Below are positions 9,397-18,074 of a DNA stretch of 32,000 nt, piece after piece (positions within the stretch are counted from its first letter, which is position 1; every line of letters begins with the position of its first letter). Where the stretch lies: the NCBI GenBank assembly GCA_041942055.1, contig CP145874.1, positions 270,001 to 302,000 on the forward strand. The letters run 5' to 3'. A program made the translations under genes and the position numbers. The notes below the pieces were generated by a model. It was not told where the DNA came from, searched no databases, and was given only the letters and a program-made list of their open reading frames with translations. This DNA is from Candidatus Saccharimonadota bacterium (GTDB lineage Bacteria > Pseudomonadota > Gammaproteobacteria > Enterobacterales > Enterobacteriaceae).

Positions 9397-12300
9397 ATGT
9401 TGATAATTTATCATTCTAATCAATTAGAAATTCTGAATCTTTTAATGTCTCATTATCTTAAAACCCTTGATTTTAATGATCCGTTTTATTCAGAAGAAAT
9501 CCTGGTACCAAGTACGAATATAATTCCATGGCTAGAAATGTCAATTACAAAACAAATTGGTATTACTACTACAGCTAATATAAAATTTACTCTTCCTGAT
9601 ACATTTATATGGAATATGCTTGTCTGCATGTTACATGATCTTCCACAAGAAAATATGTTTACTAAAGAAAAAATTAAGTGGAAGATAATGGCAATCATTC
9701 CTAAATTGTTACATCAAGCAGAATTTAAGATCTTCAAACAATATCTTTCAATAAATCCACATCATAATAATCTTTTTATATTAGCCACTTATCTTGCAGA
9801 ACTTTATTACCAATATTTAGTTTATCGTCCCGAATGGGTGATGCAATGGGAAAAGAACCAATTTACAGAAATAGATCAATCACAAATTTGGCAAGTATAT
9901 TTATGGTATGAAATAATTAATTATACTAAAAAATTAGATCAATCCATATCTCATATTGCTAATCTTTATCGTGGTTTTTTAAAAAAAATGCGCAAATTGA
10001 AAACACCAACTAACTTGCCCAAGCGAATTTTCATTTTTAATATTTCAAGATTACCACCTTTATATCTAAAAATTTTAGATGCACTTAGTAAGCATATAGA
10101 GATTCATTTTTTTTTGATGAATCCTTGTCGTCATTATTGGGGTGATATCAATGAATATAAACAAGAAACTGTAAATAATCCGATTCTTAAATCGTGGGGT
10201 AAGTTAGGACGAGATAATTTGTTTATGTTATCTCAATTTGAACCAATCAATGAAATTGATGCATTTGTTGACATTAAAAATGACACAATGTTACATTCTA
10301 TTCAACAAGATATTCTAGAACTAGAAGATTACACTACAATTGATTTTACCGAAAATCAAATTAAAAAAAAGCGCTTATTTAATCTTAATGATAATTCTAT
10401 TCAAATTCATATTTCATATAATTTACAACGTGAATTGGAAGTTTTGCAAGATCGATTATATGATTTGATCATGAAGGATTCTTCATTAACACTTAATGAT
10501 ATTATTATAATGACTCCAGATATTAATCTTTATGCACCATTTATTCAAGCAGTTTTTGGAAATACTCAATCTAAATATTATTTACCTTTTCATATTTGTG
10601 ATCAAAGTATTAATCAAATATATCCATTAGTAAGGTCATTTATTAGCTTATTACGGATTATAGAAGAAGAAAATTTATCTTTAGATAAAATTTTTTCGTT
10701 GCTTGACATTCCAGCATTAGCCATTAATTTTGAAATTAGTCAAGAAAATTTAGCATTTTTACATCAATTGTTATCTGAATACGAAAATAGTATTAAATAT
10801 GATAATGAAAACCAAATAGAACTATTTCTTGAATCGAATAAAAATCAATTAGGTGCCAAATTAGTAGAACGAATAAGTAAAATATATATAAAATTATCTC
10901 AATGGCATAACTTTATCTTACAACCACGTGTACTTAGTGAATGGAAAAACATATTGAGCGAAATAATTAAGGATTTTTTTTGGATTGATGATAATACTGA
11001 TCAAGAAGTAGTAGCAGTATTAACATTTATTCAACACAAATGGTATGTAATATTAGAAGATGCTATACCTTATCATCCTGAGATACTTCCTATACAGTTA
11101 TTATACGATGAATTAATTATGCAATTAAATGAAATAAAATTAAATATGTATTTAATGAAAAATTGTATTAATTTCTGTTCTTTGATTAGTATACGTTTCA
11201 TACCATTTAAAATAGTATGTGTATTAGGTATGAATGATGGTATATATCCACGTATATCATCATCAATAAGCTATAATCTCATTCTACAGCATCCTAAATT
11301 AGGGGATATTAGTCAACGTGATAATGATCGTTACTTATTTCTTGAAACTTTATTATCAGTACGAGAGATATTTTATCTTAGCTATATTGGTACTTCTATT
11401 CCAGGAAATATAAAAAAATTTCCTTCAATATTTATAAATGAAATTTTAAATTACATAGTACAAAGTTATTATTGGCCAAATAATAACATTTTAGATTTTG
11501 ATAATAGTTCCAAAAAAATTACCAAGCATTTACAATGTTTTCATGATAAATATACTGATGTAATGCTAAAAAATAATGATTGCATCATCAATTCGAGTAT
11601 TAACAACATGGTTTTACCAAAACCAATAATTAATGAATTGAATATCCAAAAATTTTTATATTTTTGGCAACATCCAGTACGTGCGTTTTTTAATAATCGT
11701 TTGGGTGTGAAATTTTTATATCCAGAAAGAATAACATCTTCAAAACTTAATTATTATGAATTTAATACGGAATTATTAACAACCTTAATTCAAGATCATA
11801 ATCCTAGTGATTTATTTGCCTTATATCGTACCAAAGGGTTACTTCCTGATGGAGTTTTGGGAAAAATTTTTTTGCAGAAACAACATAATTGTATGAATAC
11901 ATTAGCACAAATTATCAAACAATATTATTGTTCTAGTGCAAAAAACATATCAATTGATTTAACTATTAGAGGGATGCGTTTAACCGGTTATTTATCACAT
12001 GTGCAATTTGATGGATTAGTAAGATGGAAATGTACTCGTCTTAATTTTAGAGATGGATTACTTTTATGGCTGGAACATCTGATATATTGTATGATAAATG
12101 GAAATGGTAAGAGTAGAATGTTTGGTCCAGCAAATACTAAATGGTCTTTTGGTGCATTAGATTATCAAGAAGCAATAGATCATCTGATTCCTTTTATCGA
12201 GGGTTATCAATGTGGTATGAGTTCACCGATATTATTATTACCAAAAACAGGAGGAGCATGGTTAAAAGCTAGTTATGATAAAAAAAAATCTATCATATCT

Positions 12301-12498
12301 TATGATGAAAAAACACAACTTAAAGCACGTCAACGATTACTAATGACATGGATGTGTGATAAAACTGGAGAAATTAATGATCCGTATTTACAACGTTTAT
12401 TTCGTATTATGGATGAGTATCGTATAAAAGAAGTTATTAGAAATGCTGAATCTTGGTTATTACCCATAATGCATTTTAACCAACTGGATTCTAAGTAA
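9397..12498 (+). CDS. recC: Exodeoxyribonuclease V gamma subunit (RecBCD enzyme, RecC)
   Basis: 1033 aa, collinear with E. coli RecC from the N-terminus (ML..YHSN.L..L..LM...DPF..E.ILV.S) to the C-terminus (LLP...FNQ). Conserved blocks: [67 protein letters not shown]. About 90 aa shorter than E. coli (1122 aa) through internal deletions. Starts 4 nt after thyA. Confidence 0.93.
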   Translation: MLIIYHSNQLEILNLLMSHYLKTLDFNDPFYSEEILVPSTNIIPWLEMSITKQIGITTTANIKFTLPDTFIWNMLVCMLHDLPQENMFTKEKIKWKIMAIIPKLLHQAEFKIFKQYLSINPHHNNLFILATYLAELYYQYLVYRPEWVMQWEKNQFTEIDQSQIWQVYLWYEIINYTKKLDQSISHIANLYRGFLKKMRKLKTPTNLPKRIFIFNISRLPPLYLKILDALSKHIEIHFFLMNPCRHYWGDINEYKQETVNNPILKSWGKLGRDNLFMLSQFEPINEIDAFVDIKNDTMLHSIQQDILELEDYTTIDFTENQIKKKRLFNLNDNSIQIHISYNLQRELEVLQDRLYDLIMKDSSLTLNDIIIMTPDINLYAPFIQAVFGNTQSKYYLPFHICDQSINQIYPLVRSFISLLRIIEEENLSLDKIFSLLDIPALAINFEISQENLAFLHQLLSEYENSIKYDNENQIELFLESNKNQLGAKLVERISKIYIKLSQWHNFILQPRVLSEWKNILSEIIKDFFWIDDNTDQEVVAVLTFIQHKWYVILEDAIPYHPEILPIQLLYDELIMQLNEIKLNMYLMKNCINFCSLISIRFIPFKIVCVLGMNDGIYPRISSSISYNLILQHPKLGDISQRDNDRYLFLETLLSVREIFYLSYIGTSIPGNIKKFPSIFINEILNYIVQSYYWPNNNILDFDNSSKKITKHLQCFHDKYTDVMLKNNDCIINSSINNMVLPKPIINELNIQKFLYFWQHPVRAFFNNRLGVKFLYPERITSSKLNYYEFNTELLTTLIQDHNPSDLFALYRTKGLLPDGVLGKIFLQKQHNCMNTLAQIIKQYYCSSAKNISIDLTIRGMRLTGYLSHVQFDGLVRWKCTRLNFRDGLLLWLEHLIYCMINGNGKSRMFGPANTKWSFGALDYQEAIDHLIPFIEGYQCGMSSPILLLPKTGGAWLKASYDKKKSIISYDEKTQLKARQRLLMTWMCDKTGEINDPYLQRLFRIMDEYRIKEVIRNAESWLLPIMHFNQLDSK

Positions 12499-12838
12499 GA
12501 CGTTCTTTTATCCGAGCACCTTTACCCGTTCTATCGCGTAAATAATACAATTTAGCCTTTCTTACCAAACCTCTACGTTTAATTAAGACACTTTCAATTA
12601 TATGTGAATGCTTTTGAAATACTCGTTCTATTCCTTCTCCATTCGCATACCATTTACGCACAGTAAAAGATGAATTTAATCCACGATTACGGAGTGCAAT
12701 AATTACACCAGAAAAGGACTGTAGCCTTTTTTTTAAACCCTCAACTACCCAAACTTTTACTTCAACAGAATCTCCTGTACGAAAGTAAGGTATGTCTTTT
12801 CTAATTTGTTCTTCTTCTATTAATTTTAATATATTCAT
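12491..12838 (-). CDS. rplS: 50S ribosomal protein L19
   Basis: 115 aa, collinear with E. coli RplS ([29 protein letters not shown]...[30 protein letters not shown]). Its stop codon lies inside the last codons of convergent recC (8-bp overlap). Confidence 0.96.
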   Translation of the reverse strand: MNILKLIEEEQIRKDIPYFRTGDSVEVKVWVVEGLKKRLQSFSGVIIALRNRGLNSSFTVRKWYANGEGIERVFQKHSHIIESVLIKRRGLVRKAKLYYLRDRTGKGARIKERLT

Positions 12839-12855
12839 ATGTTTTTTGATTAAAA

Positions 12856-13608
12856 TTAAGATTTTAAAAAATCTTGGTTTTGAAATTCAGTTAATAAATC
12901 GAGTTGTTCTTGATTAAAAGGAAATTTATTTAGAAGATCAGGTCTTCGAATCCATGTTCGTCCCAATGATTGTTTCATTCGCCATCGCTTAATTTCATAA
13001 TGATTTCCTGATAATAAAACTGGTGGAATAGATTTTCCATCTAATATTTTCGGTCTAGTAAAATGTGGATATTCTAACAAACCTTGAAAAAAAGAATCTT
13101 CTTTTACAGATCGAAGATCTTTTCCTACTGCACCTGGTATAAATCGAGTCATTGCGTCTATTAAGATCATAGCTGGTAATTCGCCACCGGTTACTATATA
13201 ATCTCCTACTGACCATTCTTCATCAATTTCCATATGAATGATTCTTTCATCTATTCCTTCGTATCGTCCACATACTAAAATAAGTTTATTTGAATGTGCT
13301 AATTCATTAACACCTTTTTGGTCAAGTTTTCGTCCTTGAGGAGATAAATAAATCACTTTCACTAAATTTCCTGCAGTTTTTCTGGCTGTATGAATAGCAT
13401 CCTGTAATGGTTGTACCATCATTAACATGCCAGATCCTCCTCCATAAGGACGATCATCAACAGTTTTATGCTTATTTAAAGTAAAATCTCGAGGATTCCA
13501 ATACTGAATACTGACTAAACCATTTTTTATAGCTTTGCTTGTTATACCATAATCAGTAATAGCTTTAAACATTTCTGGAAATAAACTAATAACTCCAATC
13601 CACATCAT
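12856..13608 (-). CDS. trmD: tRNA (guanine37-N1)-methyltransferase
   Basis: The E. coli TrmD N-terminus [12 protein letters not shown] aligns to the tandem ATG ATG at 13603-13608; either ATG could be the start (250 or 249 aa). Conserved: [48 protein letters not shown]. The 20-codon upstream extension in the ORF track has no homology. Confidence 0.95.
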   Translation of the reverse strand: MMWIGVISLFPEMFKAITDYGITSKAIKNGLVSIQYWNPRDFTLNKHKTVDDRPYGGGSGMLMMVQPLQDAIHTARKTAGNLVKVIYLSPQGRKLDQKGVNELAHSNKLILVCGRYEGIDERIIHMEIDEEWSVGDYIVTGGELPAMILIDAMTRFIPGAVGKDLRSVKEDSFFQGLLEYPHFTRPKILDGKSIPPVLLSGNHYEIKRWRMKQSLGRTWIRRPDLLNKFPFNQEQLDLLTEFQNQDFLKS

Positions 13609-13628
13609 ATGTATGTCTTTTCTTTCTC

Positions 13629-14177
13629 TTAATGATTGATTTCTTGAATCAAAATACTGGTTTTCCAAGTGATGGAAATAAATTTACTTATTAAATTTAT
13701 TTTACTAACTACTTTATTTTTAATAAAAGGAATTAATATTTCTTTTATTTTATATCTATTAACTTTTACTACCATAATATCATATGAAATGGTTGAAAAT
13801 AAACGGACTACTTTTCCTAATTGATTTCCGTCTGCCGTTATAATTACACAACCTATAATATCTTTCCAATAATACTCTCCTTCTTCCAGAGTTGGTAACT
13901 GACTAGATTCAATCATGATATCATAGTTATTAAATTTTTTAGCTTTTTCCCTGTCATTAATACCTTTAAGCTTAATAATAAAACCATGAGGTTTTTCATA
14001 CCATTTTTCTAGTTCTATTTTGATCCACTGATTACAATAATATTCATTAATAATAAACCATGGTTGATAAAAAAAAATATTTTTTTTATTTTGTGTAAAA
14101 GATATTAACTTTATCCATCCACGTACACCATACGCAGATCCTATTTTTCCCAAAATCAAAGGATTTTTAATAATCAT
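13629..14177 (-). CDS. rimM: Ribosome maturation factor RimM
   Basis: 182 aa (the same as E. coli). LGK.GS.YG.RGW......T......[16 protein letters not shown] and GEYYWKD..GC match RimM. ATGA overlap with the rpsP stop; canonical rpsP-rimM-trmD-rplS order. Confidence 0.92.
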   Translation of the reverse strand: MIIKNPLILGKIGSAYGVRGWIKLISFTQNKKNIFFYQPWFIINEYYCNQWIKIELEKWYEKPHGFIIKLKGINDREKAKKFNNYDIMIESSQLPTLEEGEYYWKDIIGCVIITADGNQLGKVVRLFSTISYDIMVVKVNRYKIKEILIPFIKNKVVSKINLISKFISITWKTSILIQEINH

Positions 14178-14419
14178 TCATGATTTTTTATCTTCTTTAT
14201 CAAATACTTTACTCTAGATGAAACTATTGCACCTTGACTTATCCAATACTTAATACGGTCTAAATTCAAATGAAGTGAGTTATCTTTCGTCATAATCGGT
14301 TGAAAAAAACCTACCCGCTCAATAAATCTTCCATCACGGGGACTGCGATTATCAGCAACAACTACTTTATAAAACGGCCTATTTTTACATCCATGACGTG
14401 CTAAACGAATAATTATCAT
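14174..14419 (-). CDS. rpsP: 30S ribosomal protein S16
   Basis: 81 aa. [31 protein letters not shown] is collinear with E. coli RpsP. Confidence 0.96.
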   Translation of the reverse strand: MIIIRLARHGCKNRPFYKVVVADNRSPRDGRFIERVGFFQPIMTKDNSLHLNLDRIKYWISQGAIVSSRVKYLIKKIKNHE

Positions 14420-14517
14420 TGTTATATATAATATATCTATTAAAAGTGTAGATTAAAGACTTTAAAACGCCTCAATTTGATTTAAAAAAATTACTTTTTA
14501 ATTTATAACTTGAGTTA

Positions 14518-15861
14518 TCATATTTTCATTAAGTTACTGATCCATTTTGATACTCTCCATGGTTTCATTTTTTTCATAAATCTTTGCATATTTCCAAATT
14601 GTTTTAATAAATTATTAACTTCTTGTACTTGCAAACCACAACCAGAAGCTATACGACGTTTTCGTGAACCTTTTATTATTTCAATTTTTTTACGTTCTTT
14701 ATGTGTCATTGAATTAATAATAGCTTCCATATGGATTAAGGTTTGATTACTAACGTTAGAAAGATATGAAAGATCTTTATGTAATAATCTACTGATCATT
14801 ATTGCTATTTCATTTTCATCCATTTGACGTATTTGTTTAATATGAAGTAAAAAATCATCTAAGTCAAATAGGTCTCCTTTTTGTAATTTTTGAACCAATT
14901 GTTGATTTTTATCATCATCGATATTACTTTCGATTTTATCAATGATAGAAATTACCTTATTCATTCCTAATATTCTGCAAGCCATACGTTCAGGATCAAA
15001 TGATTCTATTGCATCTATCTTTTCTCCTAAACCAATAAATTTTATTGGTTTTCCAGTAATCTGACGAATAGATAATGTAACTCCCCCGCGTGCATCTCCA
15101 TCCAACTTAGTTAACATAATACCAGTTATGGAGAGCATTTCATTAAATGCTCTTGCTGAATTTATTGCATCTTGACCTGTCATAGCATCAACCACATAGA
15201 TCGTTTCTATAGGATTTGTAATCCTATGAATTTTTTTAATCTCATCCATCATTTTTATATCTACATGTAGACGACCAGCAGTATCTACTAATAAAACATC
15301 ATAAAATTTTTGCTGTGCTTGTTTAAGCGCATTATTTACAATCACAATTGGATTATTGTTTACATACTTATTATCTATTACATAACAATCTATACCTGCT
15401 TGGTTAGCAAGCATTTGTAACTGAGTTAATGCTCCTGGACGATAAATATCTACTGAGACTGTCAGGATGTTTTTTTTATATTGATCTCGCAATAATTTTC
15501 CAATTTTTATAACACTAGTCGTTTTACCAGTCCCTTGTAATCCTACTAGCAAAATTACAGCTGGAGGGGAAGTTGAGAGATTAATTTTATTATCTTTTTC
15601 TCCCATTGCTGTTATTAGTTCTTGTTTAACTATTTTAATAAATTCTTGTCCAGGTGTAAAACTTTTACTTACAGAATGTCCCATTGCATTAATTTTTACA
15701 CGATTTATAAAATTCTTTACTATCGGAAGAGCAACATCGGCTTCTAATAATGCAATACGAACTTCACGCAATGTATCATTTATATTATTTTCAGTTATCC
15801 GCCCATAACCTCTAATTTTGTGTAGGATACTAGATAGTCTATTAGTTAAATTTTCAAACAT
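14518..15861 (-). CDS. ffh: Signal recognition particle protein Ffh
   Basis: 447 aa. MFENLT.RLS start; GTPase motifs GLQGTGKTT, DTAGRL and TKLDGDARGG; methionine-rich M domain. Sits upstream of rpsP as in E. coli. Confidence 0.96.
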   Translation of the reverse strand: MFENLTNRLSSILHKIRGYGRITENNINDTLREVRIALLEADVALPIVKNFINRVKINAMGHSVSKSFTPGQEFIKIVKQELITAMGEKDNKINLSTSPPAVILLVGLQGTGKTTSVIKIGKLLRDQYKKNILTVSVDIYRPGALTQLQMLANQAGIDCYVIDNKYVNNNPIVIVNNALKQAQQKFYDVLLVDTAGRLHVDIKMMDEIKKIHRITNPIETIYVVDAMTGQDAINSARAFNEMLSITGIMLTKLDGDARGGVTLSIRQITGKPIKFIGLGEKIDAIESFDPERMACRILGMNKVISIIDKIESNIDDDKNQQLVQKLQKGDLFDLDDFLLHIKQIRQMDENEIAIMISRLLHKDLSYLSNVSNQTLIHMEAIINSMTHKERKKIEIIKGSRKRRIASGCGLQVQEVNNLLKQFGNMQRFMKKMKPWRVSKWISNLMKI

Positions 15862-15873
15862 AAAATTCTATAG

Positions 15874-17430
15874 TTAGTGAGAACCATGATAATTTGATAA
15901 GAAAGTAACAAAACTTATCTTATCAGTAGCTTCCAAAGAGGATTGAAGTAAACATGATATTTTGACTTCTTGATCGAATTGTTCTTGAGTCAAAATCTTA
16001 CAATCTTCTTTAAGTAAAATACGATGATAGTTATCAGATAATGTCATTCCAGTTTTTATTAACCCTTTTTTTATTATTAACTTTAGAATACGTGAAGAAT
16101 AAGTTAATTTTGGATCATCAAATAATTTGATTATATAGTTACATGTATTTTTATAATCATTACAATTATTATAATCTAATATATTTGCTAAAAACTCTAA
16201 GTCCTGTAAAATACTTTTCCCTATTTCAGCTAATGGTAACATAGTATTGTTTAGAGAGATTGTCTGTCCTGGCTTCCGACCATATAAAGCTACTATATCC
16301 CAATTTTTACGAATATCAATTAGTTCTGTGCTGTTCATTTGGACATTATCAGTTAACAAACACCATAATAAGAACAAATCTAGAAATCTAATTTGTTGTA
16401 AATTTATTCCAATTGAACTAAATGGATTAATATCTAATGAACGCACTTCAACATATTCAATTCCTTTACGTATTAGTGCTTGAGATATAGATTCTCCTTC
16501 ATCAATTACACATTTTGGACGTATTGGAGCATAAAATTCATTTTCGGTCTGCAAGAGGTTAGTATTCATTTGAATAAATTCCCCATTTTTTTTCAAACCT
16601 ATACGTGTATATTTATCATAAGGTGTTGTAAGAGCTTTTTGTAAGCTATTTACATAACTTCTCAAACTATTGAGACTAATATCTAAATTCTTCTGTAACT
16701 CACTAGTATATCCAAGTGGACTGAGACGTAAAGAGGTTGCAAATGGTAAATAGAGCATTTCATGATTATGAGATTCAAAATCTAACGAAGTTTTTTTACC
16801 TTGTAAAAATGATCGAGAAATGGCTGGAGATGCACCAAATAGATATGGTATGACCCATCCAAAACGATAATAATTACGTATTAAGCTTAAATAACTAGCT
16901 GAAATAAATTCTTTACTACTTTTTCCATAGCATTTTTGCCAAAAATTTAAAGGTAAAGAAAAATTATAGTGTACTCCTGAAATCATTTGCATCTTACTAC
17001 CATAACGATATTTCAATCCAGAACGATAGAGTGTTTTTAGTCTTCCAATATTAGACATTCCATATTGAGCTAATTTTATATTCTCTTCACAACTAACTAA
17101 ACTTGGCATACTCAATGACCACATCCGTTCATGTTCCTTATCTAATTTATGGACTACATGACAATGAAGATCTTTCAAAAAATTCATAAGATATGTTATA
17201 TTATTGCTGACAGGAGTAATAAATTCTAAAAGAGCTTCAGCATAATCAGTGGTGATCCACTTATTTGTTAATGCCGATCCAAGAGATGAAGGATGTGTAG
17301 TTCTGACTATATTTCCATCAAGTTCTTGAACACGTAGTGTTTCTCTTTCTATTCCACGATTGATCCCTTGGAAAATCTCTGGATGTGATTCAAGCCATAG
17401 GAGTATATGTTTTTTTATATTTGGTATCAA
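15874..17430 (-). CDS. gshA: Glutamate--cysteine ligase
   Basis: 518 aa (the same as E. coli GshA), collinear throughout (RG.ERE.LRV, ALT.KWITTD.AEALLEFITPV, ISGVHYNFSLP, IRNYYRFGW.IPYLFGASPAI, YAPIRPK, IEY.EVRSLDINPFS). Uses a TTG start, as E. coli gshA does. Only 12 nt separate its stop from the ffh start. Confidence 0.95.
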   Translation of the reverse strand: MIPNIKKHILLWLESHPEIFQGINRGIERETLRVQELDGNIVRTTHPSSLGSALTNKWITTDYAEALLEFITPVSNNITYLMNFLKDLHCHVVHKLDKEHERMWSLSMPSLVSCEENIKLAQYGMSNIGRLKTLYRSGLKYRYGSKMQMISGVHYNFSLPLNFWQKCYGKSSKEFISASYLSLIRNYYRFGWVIPYLFGASPAISRSFLQGKKTSLDFESHNHEMLYLPFATSLRLSPLGYTSELQKNLDISLNSLRSYVNSLQKALTTPYDKYTRIGLKKNGEFIQMNTNLLQTENEFYAPIRPKCVIDEGESISQALIRKGIEYVEVRSLDINPFSSIGINLQQIRFLDLFLLWCLLTDNVQMNSTELIDIRKNWDIVALYGRKPGQTISLNNTMLPLAEIGKSILQDLEFLANILDYNNCNDYKNTCNYIIKLFDDPKLTYSSRILKLIIKKGLIKTGMTLSDNYHRILLKEDCKILTQEQFDQEVKISCLLQSSLEATDKISFVTFLSNYHGSH

Positions 17431-17481
17431 TTAGCTAAATCTCTAAAATTAGTATTGATTATTAATCATACATACTATAAG

Positions 17482-17555
17482 CGCACCCGGAAGGATTCGA
17501 ACCTACGACCTCTCAGTTCGTAGCCGAGTGCTCTATCCAACTGAGCTACGGGTGC
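17482..17555 (-). tRNA. tRNA-Arg, anticodon ACG; 3' CCA not encoded
   Basis: The reverse complement folds as acceptor GCACCCG/CGGGTGC, D arm GCTC-AGTTGGATA-GAGC, anticodon stem-loop CTCGG-CT-ACG-AA-CTGAG, and T arm GTAGG-TTCGAAT-CCTTC. Close to the E. coli argQ/V/Y/Z sequence. Same neighbourhood as the E. coli serV-arg tRNA operon, between csrA and gshA. Confidence 0.9.
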
Positions 17556-17629
17556 ATAAAATATTTACTACTAGTAGAGTAATATCCCTAGATTATAAGA
17601 ATCTTATATTAGATCGATAATTTCAAGAG

Positions 17630-17717
17630 CAGTGAGAGTGGGATTCGAACCCACGATGCAGTATTACCACATGCTCCCTTAGCAGGGGAGCGCCTTCAAC
17701 CACTCGGCCACCTCACT
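17630..17717 (-). tRNA. serV: tRNA-Ser, anticodon GCU (long variable arm); 3' CCA not encoded
   Basis: The reverse complement AGTGAGGTGGCCGAGTGGTTGAAGGCGCTCCCCTGCTAAGGGAG...GTGGGTTCGAATCCCACTCTCACTG matches E. coli serV. Anticodon loop CT-GCT-AA; long extra arm; T arm GTGGG-TTCGAAT-CCCAC. Sits immediately downstream of csrA as in E. coli. Confidence 0.9.
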
Positions 17718-17734
17718 GATTTTGAGTTAGCGCC

Positions 17735-17763
17735 ATTTTTACTTTTATTGATTTATATGTCAA
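17735..17763 (-). promoter_or_regulatory. Candidate sigma70 promoter of the tRNA-Ser/tRNA-Arg unit, with a GC-rich discriminator
   Basis: The minus strand reads TTGACA (17758-17763), a 17-nt spacer, AAAAAT (17735-17740), then GGCGC, about 10 nt ahead of the tRNA-Ser 5' end. A perfect -35 and a GC-rich discriminator are typical of stable-RNA promoters. The -10 is weak, and AT-rich DNA gives many chance matches. Confidence 0.4.
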
Positions 17764-17784
17764 ATAAAATTATTAATAATATTA

Positions 17785-17801
17785 TCTAATTAATAATTAG
17801 A
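17785..17801. repeat. 17-bp perfect palindrome TCTAATTAATAATTAGA, 23 nt downstream of the csrA stop
   Basis: 8 complementary pairs around one central base, verified base by base. Could be a weak A/U-rich transcript-end hairpin for csrA; no clean U tract follows. Confidence 0.5.
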
Positions 17802-17823
17802 AGTGTAACAAGTTAATGGTTAT

Positions 17824-18000
17824 CTAGATTCTATCATCTTCTGCTTGAATCTGTTTATAGATTTCTTCACGATGAACTGAAATATGTTTTGGAGCTTTTA
17901 TGCCAATACGTACCTGATTACCTTTTATTCCTAATACTGTTATAGTTATTTCATTACCTATCATAAGGGTTTCACCAATTCTGCGAGTTAGAATAAGCAT
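17824..18000 (-). CDS. csrA: Carbon storage regulator / translational repressor CsrA
   Basis: Not in the supplied ORF track (58 aa). Hand translation gives [58 protein letters not shown], almost identical to E. coli CsrA over the first ~50 residues. AAGGAG lies 11 nt upstream of the ATG. Located between alaS and serV as in E. coli. Confidence 0.94.
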   Translation of the reverse strand: MLILTRRIGETLMIGNEITITVLGIKGNQVRIGIKAPKHISVHREEIYKQIQAEDDRI

Positions 18001-18074
18001 TCTGTACTTCTCTCCTTGAACTTAACTGTTATGTTAATAAATATAATTCATTTTAGGATATTTTTCTCCTAATT

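Noticed and set aside
9486-9698. 70-aa ORF on the minus strand
   Set aside because: It is antisense inside recC; a shadow ORF.
13609-13668. 20-codon N-terminal extension of trmD overlapping the rimM 3' end
   Set aside because: E. coli TrmD begins MWIG, which corresponds to the ATG ATG at 13603-13608. The extension has no homology.
14478-14517. A/U-only hairpin candidates after the ffh stop (ATAACT-CA-AGTTAT; AAATTA-AAAAG-TAATTT followed by a T run) as a terminator
   Set aside because: The stems are 5-6 bp of A-U pairs only, so the predicted stability is negligible. They are indistinguishable from background AT-rich self-complementarity.
14510-14746. 78-aa ORF on the plus strand (TTG start)
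   Set aside because: It is antisense to the ffh 3' end and has no homology.
16247-16483. 78-aa ORF on the plus strand
   Set aside because: It is antisense inside gshA; a shadow ORF.
17456-17468. 13-bp palindrome TGATTATTAATCA between tRNA-Arg(ACG) and gshA, and the similar 13-bp TTATTGGCAATAA at 6448-6460 upstream of yohD
   Set aside because: Palindromes of this size occur in several spacers here and are plausible by chance at this base composition. They are not individually supportable as sites.
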